Shown here: positions 27,721 to 37,411 of the stretch, piece after piece | How positions within the stretch are numbered: position 1 is the first letter of the stretch | How the letters are laid out: the number at the start of each line of letters is the position of its first letter | Source of the DNA: Candidatus Latescibacterota bacterium | GTDB lineage: Bacteria > Latescibacterota > UBA2968 > GCA-2709665 | Assembly (NCBI GenBank): GCA_965248435.1 | Contig: OZ252100.1 | Span: 1,120,001-1,184,000 of the forward strand | DNA length: 64,000 bases | Reading direction: 5' to 3' | The notes under the pieces: model-generated | What the model was told of the DNA's origin: nothing | Seen by the model: the letters and a program-made list of their open reading frames with translations, nothing else | Database searches by the model: none | Program-made: the position numbers and the translations under genes

Positions 27721-30189
27721 TCAGGCCTTGTCCTGATCCAACAGTTCCTGATCCATCGAGCCGGTATCCGCTCCGGATTCGTCGTGAAAATTTAGCCCGT
27801 CTCCCTTCTTGGAAACCCGGACCTTGCTGCCTGTCCTGAACCTGCCCTGCAGGATTTCCTCGGCAAGTGGATCTTCGACCAGCTTTTGTATCGTCCGCTT
27901 CAGATGCCGGGCGCCAAAGGTCGGATCGTAACCCTTCTCCGCGATCAATGATTTCGCTCCAGGCGTCAGGCTCACGTGGATCCCTCGTTCTTCCACGCGA
28001 GATAGGATAGCCGCCAGCTCGATATCCACGATCTGTACGATCTCCTTCTTTTCAAGGGGATTGAATATCACCGTTTCATCGAGCCTATTCAGAAACTCCG
28101 GACTGAATGTCTTTTTGAGCTCATCCTGAATCTTTTCTTCCATCTGCTGACGTAGCGACTTCTTGTCTGACTTTTGAAACCCGAGGCCTCCAGCCTTGGA
28201 CAGGTCCTTCGTGCCCAGATTCGATGTCATGATCAGGATCGTGTTCTTGAAATTGACCTTGCGGCCAAAGCTGTCTGTCAACCGGCCTTCGTCAAACACC
28301 TGGAGCAAGATATTGAACACATCGGGGTGTGCCTTTTCAACTTCATCCAGCAGGACCACGGAATAGGGTCGTCTCCTCACCTTTTCGGTCAGCTGACCCC
28401 CCTCGTCATAACCGATGTATCCCGGGGGCGCTCCAACGAGCCTTGAAACCGCGAACTTCTCCATGTATTCCGACATGTCGACCGTTACGAGGGCATCGTC
28501 GTCATCGAAAAGATATTTGGCCAGCGCCTGTGCAAGGTAGGTCTTTCCAACACCGGTCGGCCCAAGGAAGAGGAAGTTACCGATCGGTCTGTTCGGATCC
28601 TTCAGGCCCGCCCGGGTCCGGCGAATCGAGCGGGTCACAGTCTTGACGGCCTCGTCCTGCCCAACGACCCACTTATTGATCTCATCCTCCATGCGCATCA
28701 ATTTTTCAGACTCGGCTTGTGTCAGCCTGAAGATCGGAATCCCCGTCATGGCGGAAATCACTTCGGCGATGTCATCTTCGGTCACCTCCACCACCTCGTC
28801 CCTCACCTTCTGTTCCCAGTCCTGCCTCATCTCCTCGAGGCGTTCTTTGATTTTGCGTTCCTCATCGCGTAGCTTTGCGGCCTCCTCGAACTGCTGGCTG
28901 TTGGCAGCATCATTCTTCTGTCTGGTGATCTTCTCCACTTCGAGCTCCAACGATTTGATCTCCTCAGGAGGATTTAACCGCCCGAGCCGTACGCGCGATC
29001 CACTTTCGTCGATCACATCGATCGCCTTGTCAGGCAAATGTCGATCGCTTATGTACCGATCAGCCATCTGAACCGCCCCGCTGATCGCATCGTCCGTGTA
29101 TTTGACCATATGGTGCGTCTCGTAACTCGACTTGAGACCCTTTAGGATCTCCACCGTATCCTCTACAGAAGGCGCTTCCACCAATATCGTCTGAAACCGT
29201 CGCTCTAAAGCCCCGTCTTTTTCAATGTACTTGCGATACTCATCCAAAGTGGTGGCACCGATGCACTGGAGCTCGCCCCGAGAAAGGGCCGGTTTGAACA
29301 TATTTGACGCATCAAGCGTCCCCTCTGCACTCCCGGCGCCCACAATCGTATGCAGCTCATCGATGAAAATAATCACTTCCTGACTCTGCTGCAGTTCATT
29401 CATAACGGCCTTGATGCGTTCCTCAAACTGCCCACGATATTTGGTTCCTGCAACGATTCCGCCCATGTCAAGTGTCACTACTCGTCGTTCCGTCAAGACG
29501 TGAGGCACACGCCGTTCCACAATTCGCTGAGCCAGTCCCTCTACAATCGCCGTCTTGCCGACGCCAGGCTCGCCGATCAAAACCGGGTTGTTTTTCTTCC
29601 GCCGACTCAGCACCTGAGAGACGCGCTCGATCTCCTTATCTCTGCCGATAATGGGATCCAGTTTCCCTTCTCGAGCCAGCTCGGTAAGATCCCGCCCAAA
29701 GTGATCCAGGAACGGGGTCTTGCTCTTCTTCTTTTCTCGTTTACCGGAGGACTTACCCTGCAAAACGGCGATCACCTCCTCTTTTGCGGTCTTATGATCA
29801 ACACCAAAGGCAGCCAGGATCTGAGCGGCAATCGTTTCCTTGTCCTTGAGGAGCGCAAGAAATAGATGACACGTCCTCACAAACTGGCTCTTCATCTCTT
29901 TGGCTTCGTTTGCCGCGATTTCCAGAATCTGCTTGGCTCGCGGAGTGAATGGCACTTCTCCCATTGTCATGGATCCGCCGGAAGAGGCAACATAGTCATC
30001 GATCGATTGCTTAATGCTATCCAGGTTCAGGCCCAGGTTTATCAAGACCGTTACCGCCGAGCCCTTCCCTTCGCGAATGATTCCAAGTAAGAGGTGCTCC
30101 GTCCCGATGTAGTTGTGTCCAAGACGCGCCGCCTCTTCTCTTGCCAGTTGCATCACTCGCTTTACACGATCCGAAAACATGTTATTCAT
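27721..30189 (-). CDS. clpC: ATP-dependent Clp protease ATPase ClpC
   Basis: Clp-N repeats, GEPGVGKT and GPTGVGKT Walker A motifs, UVR middle domain, LGF loop. Confidence 0.96.
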   Translation of the reverse strand: MNNMFSDRVKRVMQLAREEAARLGHNYIGTEHLLLGIIREGKGSAVTVLINLGLNLDSIKQSIDDYVASSGGSMTMGEVPFTPRAKQILEIAANEAKEMKSQFVRTCHLFLALLKDKETIAAQILAAFGVDHKTAKEEVIAVLQGKSSGKREKKKSKTPFLDHFGRDLTELAREGKLDPIIGRDKEIERVSQVLSRRKKNNPVLIGEPGVGKTAIVEGLAQRIVERRVPHVLTERRVVTLDMGGIVAGTKYRGQFEERIKAVMNELQQSQEVIIFIDELHTIVGAGSAEGTLDASNMFKPALSRGELQCIGATTLDEYRKYIEKDGALERRFQTILVEAPSVEDTVEILKGLKSSYETHHMVKYTDDAISGAVQMADRYISDRHLPDKAIDVIDESGSRVRLGRLNPPEEIKSLELEVEKITRQKNDAANSQQFEEAAKLRDEERKIKERLEEMRQDWEQKVRDEVVEVTEDDIAEVISAMTGIPIFRLTQAESEKLMRMEDEINKWVVGQDEAVKTVTRSIRRTRAGLKDPNRPIGNFLFLGPTGVGKTYLAQALAKYLFDDDDALVTVDMSEYMEKFAVSRLVGAPPGYIGYDEGGQLTEKVRRRPYSVVLLDEVEKAHPDVFNILLQVFDEGRLTDSFGRKVNFKNTILIMTSNLGTKDLSKAGGLGFQKSDKKSLRQQMEEKIQDELKKTFSPEFLNRLDETVIFNPLEKKEIVQIVDIELAAILSRVEERGIHVSLTPGAKSLIAEKGYDPTFGARHLKRTIQKLVEDPLAEEILQGRFRTGSKVRVSKKGDGLNFHDESGADTGSMDQELLDQDKA

Positions 30190-30240
30190 TGCGACTCCCC
30201 TTCCCTGTCGGTTCTCAGGATATCGACCTCAAACCAACTG

Positions 30241-31302
30241 CTAGACCTTTCCAAGACCTGCCATTCGATTTCGAACCATCTCCGCACGGATCTGGTCTCG
30301 ATCCGCGGGATCGATCCTTCGACCCAATCGACACTGGAGGTGAGCGGGCCTCGTTTGCACCATCAACTCGTTGAGCACACCTACATCTTTAAGCGGCAAT
30401 ACACCGAGTCCGATCCCAAATCGAACCGCCGACGAAAAGTTCATGAACTCCTGAGACGTAAGCACCCTCGCGTGGGAGAGAATGCTGTAGGCTCGCCAAA
30501 TCTTGTCCTCTATTTGTGCACGAGCATCCCGGACCAATGCTTCTCGCGCGTTCTGCTCGCATTCAAGGAATTGCTTTGCCACCTTTTCGAGTGATTCTAT
30601 GGTTTTAAGCTCCGAGCACCCAAGGGTGAGTTGATTAGAGACCTGAAACAGGTTGCCAGACACCTCGGTCCCCTCGCCGTAAAGGCCTCGAACCGTAAAT
30701 CCCATCTGCGTCACGCCGCGGACGACGCTCTCCATCTGCTGCGCCAGAACGAGCCCGGGAAGATGGACGAGAATAGATGCCCTGAGTCCCGTGCCCGTAT
30801 TCGTGGGACACGCCGTGAGGTAGCCCCACCTGTCGGAAAAGGCGTAGTCGAGTCGCTCCGAGAGACTTCGCTCCAAACATTCTACGCCTTCCCACACCTC
30901 GCCGGACTGAAAACCTGACAGGACCATTTGCATGCGCAGGTGGTCCTCCTCGTTGGTCATCACACTCAGCGATTCATCGGACGCCATCAAGACCCCGCGG
31001 GGGCCTCGCCCCTCGGCCAGCGCAGGACTAATCAAATGCCGCTCTACGAGCAGCTCCCGCTGCAGCTCGGAAAGGCTCGATGCGTCGAAAAACGTCATCT
31101 CGCTCGTTGACGAACCATCCTTGCAGGAACCAACAACAGCATCCATGATCTGGCGTAGTTGTTCTTCTTTTGCCCGATGGGCAAACGGAAATCCGGTCAG
31201 ATTTCGCGCCACCCTCACCCGGGTGCTGACAACGCTGGTGGATTCCGGGCCTGACCCGTCCAACCACTTTGCCGTTCGGCAGGTCAGATCTTCAAAAGTC
31301 AT
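30241..31302 (-). CDS. mcsB: Protein-arginine kinase
   Basis: STRVRVARN, NEEDHLR, LTACPTNTGTGLRAS; lies between mcsA and clpC. Confidence 0.93.
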   Translation of the reverse strand: MTFEDLTCRTAKWLDGSGPESTSVVSTRVRVARNLTGFPFAHRAKEEQLRQIMDAVVGSCKDGSSTSEMTFFDASSLSELQRELLVERHLISPALAEGRGPRGVLMASDESLSVMTNEEDHLRMQMVLSGFQSGEVWEGVECLERSLSERLDYAFSDRWGYLTACPTNTGTGLRASILVHLPGLVLAQQMESVVRGVTQMGFTVRGLYGEGTEVSGNLFQVSNQLTLGCSELKTIESLEKVAKQFLECEQNAREALVRDARAQIEDKIWRAYSILSHARVLTSQEFMNFSSAVRFGIGLGVLPLKDVGVLNELMVQTRPAHLQCRLGRRIDPADRDQIRAEMVRNRMAGLGKV

Positions 31303-31306
31303 CAGA

Positions 31307-31756
31307 CTACCCCTTCTCATTCAGAGTCAACAAACGGTCTCGAAGTCTTGCAGCTTCCTCGTAGTCCTCCACGTCCACGGCCTCCTTCAAACGATTCCTC
31401 AAACGTTCGGCGCTCTCATCATCAGCCTCTTCGGCCACGTCGTATTGCGCAGCGCCGTGGATACGTTTGAAAATGCCGTCCAGCCTGGGCTCAAAGGCCT
31501 CATAACACGCCGGGCAACCGAAGAGACCGCCCTTTTGGAACTGGGCGAAGGTCAAACCGCAGTCAGGACAGGACAGGTTCTGCGCTCGAGCCACCTCGGG
31601 CATTGGCTGGGCTGTCACAGATAGGGTAACACCGACTGAGGTTTCGGATTTCAGCTCAGCGCACCTCCTGCAGAGGTGATGGACGTGCTTTTCCTGGCCG
31701 ACAATCTGTGTAAAAAGGACGTTTGCTTCCTTCTGACCACATAGTTCACAAAGCAT
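31307..31756 (-). CDS. mcsA: McsA activator (CxxC plus UVR)
   Basis: Four CxxC motifs, EDYEEAARLRD. Confidence 0.92.
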   Translation of the reverse strand: MLCELCGQKEANVLFTQIVGQEKHVHHLCRRCAELKSETSVGVTLSVTAQPMPEVARAQNLSCPDCGLTFAQFQKGGLFGCPACYEAFEPRLDGIFKRIHGAAQYDVAEEADDESAERLRNRLKEAVDVEDYEEAARLRDRLLTLNEKG

Positions 31757-31770
31757 TAAAAGGTCCGGAG

Positions 31771-32466
31771 CTAGGCTTCATTCAGGGCGGAAGATCCAAT
31801 CCTCCCATCTTCCATCCGTATGATACGATCCGATCGCTCCGCAAGCGCGCCATCGTGTGTGACCAGAACGACCGTCTGCTCGAAGCGTCGTGCGAGGTCC
31901 CAGATCAAATCGTGGAGTTCTGCACTCCTCTCCACATCGAGATTGCCGGAAGGTTCATCTGCGAGAAGCAATTTAGGCCGCGATATCAGGGCCCTGGCCA
32001 CCGCGACACGCTGACACTCTCCCCCAGAAAGCTCTGAAGGGAGGTGATCCATGCGTGCTTCAAGGCCCACCCGCTCCAGCAACTCAGCCCCGGGCCTGCG
32101 GGCCTCGGACACACCCTGTCCCCGAATCAGCAGGGGCATCATCACGTTTTCCAGGGCGGTGAAATCGCTCAACAAATGGTGGAACTGAAAAACAAACCCG
32201 ACATCCCGATTTCGAAACTGCGCCCTTTCACTCTCCGAGAGGGCGAATACGTCTGTCGAATCGATCCAAACCGAGCCCTCATTCGGGTGATCTAATCCGC
32301 CCAGAATATGGAGAAGCGTACTCTTGCCTACCCCTGAGGGACCCACGACCGCCGCGATCTCCCCTCGAGACACCTGGAAATCGATTCCCCTCAGCACATC
32401 AAGCTCGGTCTCTCCCGCGCGATAGGTCTTTACGATTCCCTCTGCCTTTAGGAGGCTATCCATCAA
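31771..32466 (-). CDS. lolD: Lipoprotein-releasing ABC ATPase
   Basis: GPSGVGKST, GFVFQFHHLL LolD motif, LSGGE, ADEP. Confidence 0.85.
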   Translation of the reverse strand: MMDSLLKAEGIVKTYRAGETELDVLRGIDFQVSRGEIAAVVGPSGVGKSTLLHILGGLDHPNEGSVWIDSTDVFALSESERAQFRNRDVGFVFQFHHLLSDFTALENVMMPLLIRGQGVSEARRPGAELLERVGLEARMDHLPSELSGGECQRVAVARALISRPKLLLADEPSGNLDVERSAELHDLIWDLARRFEQTVVLVTHDGALAERSDRIIRMEDGRIGSSALNEA

Positions 32467-33956
32467 GCCCCTTCCCGTGCCTCCTCGGGACGCATATGAG
32501 GGAAAAGAATGACATCCCGAATCGACGGGGCGTCCGTCAACAACATCGTCAGTCGATCGATCCCTACCCCGAGTCCCCCCGTTGGAGGCATGCCATATTC
32601 CAGGGCCCGAATGTAATCCTCGTCCAGAACCTGGGCCTCCTCATCCCCACCCTCCCTCAAAGCCATTTGATCCTCAAACCGGGTTCGTTGATCGAGGGGA
32701 TCGTTCAGTTCAGAAAATGCGTTTCCTACTTCCCAACCACAAATAAACGGCTCGAATCGTTCGGCCAGTTCCGGATCTTTGCGGTGGCGTTTTGCGAGCG
32801 GGGATAGCGCGACGGGATAATCCACGATAAACGTGGGCTGAATCAGATTGGGTTTGACACGCCCGTCAAAAATCTCATCGATCATCTGGCCTGCGTTCGC
32901 ACCGGCCTCCACTTCGATTCCCAACTTCTCGCAGACTTTCTTGAGATCACTGGCCGAGGCGCCTTCGATGCCTACACCTCCGAAGGTCTCGATGGCTTCT
33001 TGCATCGTCATCCGCTTCCACGGCGGCGTGAGGTCGACTTCTTCACCCTGGTAGGAGATTTGGGTTGACCCGACCACATTTTCAGCCACGTGAGCGAACA
33101 ACGCCTCGGTGAGGCGCATCATGTCATTATAATCGGCATACGCCTGATAAAGCTCCAGCAGCGTAAACTCTGGATTATGAGACCGGTCGATCCCTTCGTT
33201 CCGAAAGACCTTGCTGAACTCGTAAACGCGTTCGAACCCGCCCACAATCAGGCGTTTCAGGTAAAGTTCGTTTGAAATCCTGAGATAAAGCCGCATGTCG
33301 AGGGCGTTGTGGTGCGTCACGAACGGCCGCGCGGAAGCCCCCCCGTAGAGCGGCTGCAAAACCGGCGTATCCAGTTCCAGGAATCCTTTTGCATCCAGGA
33401 AACTACGAATCGCCGAGATGATCGCACTCCGTCTTCGAAAGACCTCTCGGGTCTCCGGATTCAGTGCGAGATCCAGATAGCGACGTCGATACCTCAGCTC
33501 TTTGTCGCTGAAGGCATCGTGAACCACGCGCTCCTCGCCTCTCACCTCTTCTTTGGGGACGGGTAGCGGCCGGATCGCCTTGGCCAGAAGCTCCACTTGT
33601 CGGGCCTCCACGGTCATTTCGCCTGTCCGCGTGCGAAACAACCGCCCGGTGACGCCTATAAAATCGCCAATGTCAAAGAGCTTCCAGAGTTGAAACCCTT
33701 CCTCGCCGATCAACTCTGATTTGGCGTAGAGCTGAATTCGCCCTTCGTCATCCCGGAGGTCTGCAAAACCGGCTTTTCCGTGACCGCGAAGGGCGATTAA
33801 ACGACCCGCTAAGACAACCTCAGACTCAGATGCCTGGATCGTTTCGAAGTCGTCCCTGATTTCTCTGCAACTGTGCGTTTTCTGAAAACGATATGGATAG
33901 GGCGCAATGCCCATCCCCTGGATCTCCTCCAGCTTCTTCAGTCGCTGTGAGATCAA
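32463..33956 (-). CDS. lysS: Lysyl-tRNA synthetase (class II)
   Basis: OB domain, YLRISNELYLKRL, FRNEG, GMPPTGGLGVGIDRL. Start codon uncertain. Confidence 0.96.
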   Translation of the reverse strand: MISQRLKKLEEIQGMGIAPYPYRFQKTHSCREIRDDFETIQASESEVVLAGRLIALRGHGKAGFADLRDDEGRIQLYAKSELIGEEGFQLWKLFDIGDFIGVTGRLFRTRTGEMTVEARQVELLAKAIRPLPVPKEEVRGEERVVHDAFSDKELRYRRRYLDLALNPETREVFRRRSAIISAIRSFLDAKGFLELDTPVLQPLYGGASARPFVTHHNALDMRLYLRISNELYLKRLIVGGFERVYEFSKVFRNEGIDRSHNPEFTLLELYQAYADYNDMMRLTEALFAHVAENVVGSTQISYQGEEVDLTPPWKRMTMQEAIETFGGVGIEGASASDLKKVCEKLGIEVEAGANAGQMIDEIFDGRVKPNLIQPTFIVDYPVALSPLAKRHRKDPELAERFEPFICGWEVGNAFSELNDPLDQRTRFEDQMALREGGDEEAQVLDEDYIRALEYGMPPTGGLGVGIDRLTMLLTDAPSIRDVILFPHMRPEEAREGA

Positions 33957-34098
33957 CTGATGCTCAGGAGTGGACCGCCCCTCCTCACCCGGGTGCGCAT
34001 CCTTTGTTCTGTTTTGGGGACCCTCTTTTGCTCGTAACTTGCTGATTTTTATCGGCTCCAGATAACTAAATGTAGTATAACCAATATGATTTTACATG

Positions 34099-35236
34099 TC
34101 AAGCGCTTTGCCCGGAACGGGTCTTTCCGCCACCCTCACTCAAAAAAGCGGTGATGAAGTCGTCGATGTTGCCGTCCAAAACGGCCTGCACATTAGAAGT
34201 CTCAACGCCGGTTCGAAGGTCCTTGACCATCTGATAGGGCTGGAACACGTAGCTTCGAATCTGACTTCCCCATTCGATCTTCTTCTTTCCACTTTCGAGG
34301 ACCGCGCGCTTCTCTTCCTCTTTTTCCTTGAGATGCTGGTAGAGGCGGGCCTTCAGGATTTTCATCGCGGAGCTTTTGTTCTTGTGCTGTGACCGTTCGT
34401 TCTGGCACTGGACAACGATTCCAGTAGGTTCGTGGGTGATTCGCACGGCCGAATCGGTCTTGTTCACGTGCTGCCCCCCTGCGCCGCCGGAGCGGTACGT
34501 ATCGACCCGTATTTCCTCTGGCTTGATCTCCACCTCGATGTCACCTACGGCCTCAGGGTAGACAAAAACAGACGCGAATGAGGTATGCCGTCGGCTGTTG
34601 GAGTCGAACGGGGAGATGCGGACCAACCGATGCACGCCAACCTCCGCTTTCAGATATCCAAACGCGTACTCACCCTTTACTTCTATCGTCGCGCTCTTGA
34701 TCCCCGCCGTCTCACCTGGCTGCATGTCCAACACCTCCGTCTGGAATCCGCGCCGCTCGGTCCAACGAAGGTACATGCGCACCAGAATCTGCGCCCAATC
34801 TGCCGATTCGGTCCCTCCCGCACCAGGATGGATCGTCAAGATGGCGTCGAGACGGTCCTCCTTCCGTCCCAGCATGTGACGGAGTTCGAGGTCCTCCAGG
34901 GAACCGTCAAGTTGTCCGAGTTCAGTCGCAACTTCACGGAGGGTCCCCTCGTCCTCTTCTTCTTCGGCCAGCAATTGAAGCTCGTGGAGGTCACTCAGTC
35001 GTTCGTCCAGGCCATTCCACCCGTCGACCCAATCCTTCTCGAGTTTCACTTCCTCCATAATCTTCCTGGCCTGCTCCTGATCGTTCCAGAAGTCCGGATG
35101 TTCCATCTTCTTCTCAAGTTCTGAAATCCGGACCGCTCTTGCTTTCAGGTCAAAGATGCCTCCCGAGCGTATCGAGCCGCTCCCTGCTTTCTTCCAGTCC
35201 GGATCTGACCTCAGCGCTTTGGAATTCCTGTGGCAT
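34099..35236 (-). CDS. prfB: Peptide chain release factor 2 with programmed +1 frameshift
   Basis: ATG 35236, 28 codons, then GGGAGG-CAT-CTT-TGA-C at 35149-35164; SPF and GGQ motifs downstream. Confidence 0.96.
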
Positions 35237-35330
35237 GCTGGCTACTCCTTTCGGCTCTCACACAAAACCCGCTATGCACGACCACGGACGGCGGACCACG
35301 GACCGCTCAAACCTGGTGGGTCCAGCGCGT

Positions 35331-36053
35331 TCAATCAGGCGGTCTGCCGTCCGTCCCCTCGGCTTCGCTCGGGGCAGGCATCCGCGGTCTGCTTCTTAGA
35401 TCAACGACCTCCACACCTTTGGGCACCTCGAATGTGAACAGATCCACATCCAGATCCTCGTTCGTCTTCAGATCAGTCAGCGTGTGGCTGGTAATATCGT
35501 CATTTATGTTCCGATATTCAACCTTCCGTACCAGCCAGAGACTTCGATCCACCCAGATGCGAATGTGGGAGATGTAGGCCTCTTCCTCTTTGGCAACGAG
35601 CTCCACGAGGTGACACCGTTTTCTACTGATTCGCTCCTCTTTGATGTAATGAGGGTTGAATCTCTCGGTATATCCCCCCAATAAGATCAAGTCGAAGAGC
35701 AGCTTTTCGTAACTTCGATCCGACTGGGCGGCCTCGTAGCTGGTGATGATCACCTGACCATTGTCGGGGGCATAGTTCCAGGCCGTCTTACCGTCCGTAA
35801 CCACCGTCTGGATCGGCGTTTCTAAACGGAAACGGTGCTGCTTCTCTACGTAGAGACGCCCCTTGATTTCCTGCGTCTGCCCGACCAGCTTCCAGTAATG
35901 CCGCTTTTCGAAACGCGCGGTAATGCTTTCCAAATCGCCGAACCGATCCTGAAGTCGGCGGATGACGTCCCGGCCCTCGATACCCCACGCCATCCCTTGC
36001 GGAAAGAGTGTTGCGACGAGAATAGGAAGGAGGGCAGCGACTGTCTTCTTCAT
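35331..36053 (-). CDS. lolA: Outer-membrane lipoprotein carrier LolA family
   Basis: Signal peptide, VVTDGKTAWNY, FTFEVPKGVEVVDLR; downstream of ftsK. Confidence 0.85.
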   Translation of the reverse strand: MKKTVAALLPILVATLFPQGMAWGIEGRDVIRRLQDRFGDLESITARFEKRHYWKLVGQTQEIKGRLYVEKQHRFRLETPIQTVVTDGKTAWNYAPDNGQVIITSYEAAQSDRSYEKLLFDLILLGGYTERFNPHYIKEERISRKRCHLVELVAKEEEAYISHIRIWVDRSLWLVRKVEYRNINDDITSHTLTDLKTNEDLDVDLFTFEVPKGVEVVDLRSRPRMPAPSEAEGTDGRPPD

Positions 36054-36082
36054 AAGTCAGCCTACAAATCAATAATCAACAT

Positions 36083-37137
36083 CCCGAGTTCAATAAGGAA
36101 GTGCAACACTTAGGGTAGCAACTGTCCTATCCTAAGTGTATGGGAAACAATTACAAGCATCTTACGATAGACGAACGCGAGCTGATTGCGCTTTGTCGAG
36201 CCGCTGGTGCAAGCCTTAGAGATATTGCCAAGGCCCTTGACCGGAGCGCCAGCACGATTCCAAGAGAGTTGAAACGTAATCCGTCCCCGATAGCTGAGAG
36301 TTACTCGGGCCTCCAGGCTCACAGAAGGGCTGAGAAACGTAAGCGGGAGGCCGGCAAGCGGAAACGGCTGAAGAATCCGGTTATCCGGCGATATGTCGAG
36401 ACCAAACTCAAGCAAGGATGGTCTCCCGAGTTGATCGCTGGGAGGCTTCCCGAGGAGCGTCCGAGCGCGGGTATCAGCCACGAAGCCATCTATCAGTATA
36501 TCTACGATCCAAAGGTGCGCAAGCAGCGGGATCTGGTTGCTTGCTTATCCCGAGCTCACAAAAAACGAAAGCCGCGGTGGCATACCCGAAAACACCGGGA
36601 AAGCCACATTCCAGGCCGTATTTCGATCGATCGACGTCCCCGTTACATCGAAAAACGGAAACAACCTGGCCACTGGGAATCCGACACCATCATCTCTCGA
36701 GAGAGCAAACAGGCCGTTGGCGCTTGTCTTGAGCGATCGTCGAGATACCTACACCTGGCTAAGCTGGCAAAGAACGGACCCTCGGAGGTCGCCGAAGCGA
36801 TTAATCGACGCCTTGGGCGACATCCTCCCCACATGAGGAAGAGCATCACATATGACAACGGATCCGAAAACGGCCAACATCAACGGGTCAACGAGGCCCT
36901 TGGCACCAAATCCTATTTCTGCAAACCGTTTCACAGCTGGGAGCGAGGCGCTGTGGAAAACGCTATCGGTCTGGTCCGCAGATACCTCCTCAAGAAGACA
37001 GACTTCTCAAAGGTCAGCAAACACGAGTTAAAGAAAATTCAGAACCGGATCAACAACCGACCAAGAAAATGTCTTAACTTCAAAACACCAGCTGAAGTCT
37101 TCAAGTCCAAGTGTTGCACTTAGTCATTGAATCCAGC
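36083..37137 (+). mobile_element. IS30-family insertion sequence
   Basis: Imperfect IRs (ttcaataaggaagtgcaacactt / aagtgttgcacttagtcattgaa); apparent 3-bp CAT duplication at 36080-36082 and 37138-37140. Confidence 0.88.
36140..37123 (+). CDS. IS30-family DDE transposase
   Basis: N-terminal HTH, WSPELIAG, GHWESDT, TYDNGSE, WERGAVEN, NNRPRKCL. Confidence 0.95.
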   Translation: MGNNYKHLTIDERELIALCRAAGASLRDIAKALDRSASTIPRELKRNPSPIAESYSGLQAHRRAEKRKREAGKRKRLKNPVIRRYVETKLKQGWSPELIAGRLPEERPSAGISHEAIYQYIYDPKVRKQRDLVACLSRAHKKRKPRWHTRKHRESHIPGRISIDRRPRYIEKRKQPGHWESDTIISRESKQAVGACLERSSRYLHLAKLAKNGPSEVAEAINRRLGRHPPHMRKSITYDNGSENGQHQRVNEALGTKSYFCKPFHSWERGAVENAIGLVRRYLLKKTDFSKVSKHELKKIQNRINNRPRKCLNFKTPAEVFKSKCCT

Positions 37138-37411
37138 CATCCAATACACAATATCCAATAATCAAGGGCGAGGATAGTCGTGCCACAGCCGGCCGGAGCT
37201 TTTGCCCTTGGATGTTGGGTGTTGGATATTGGGTATCTTGGTTTCCACTTTTGTCAGGCGTCAAGCAGGTAGTTCTCGCTGTCCCTGACGCTTCGATACA
37301 CGGCGCGCTATTCATTAACCTCAGGACGCCACACTCAGGGATTCCAAAGGATCTGCCTTCGGCTCCGCAATCGTAAGCCCGCAATCCGAAATTGAACGGC
37401 GATCGACGGAT

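Noticed and set aside
34065-34076. Second NrdR-like palindrome actaaatgtagt before lysS
   Set aside because: Single short match in AT-rich DNA with no partner box.
34099-35236. prfB as a pseudogene
   Set aside because: Canonical programmed frameshift.
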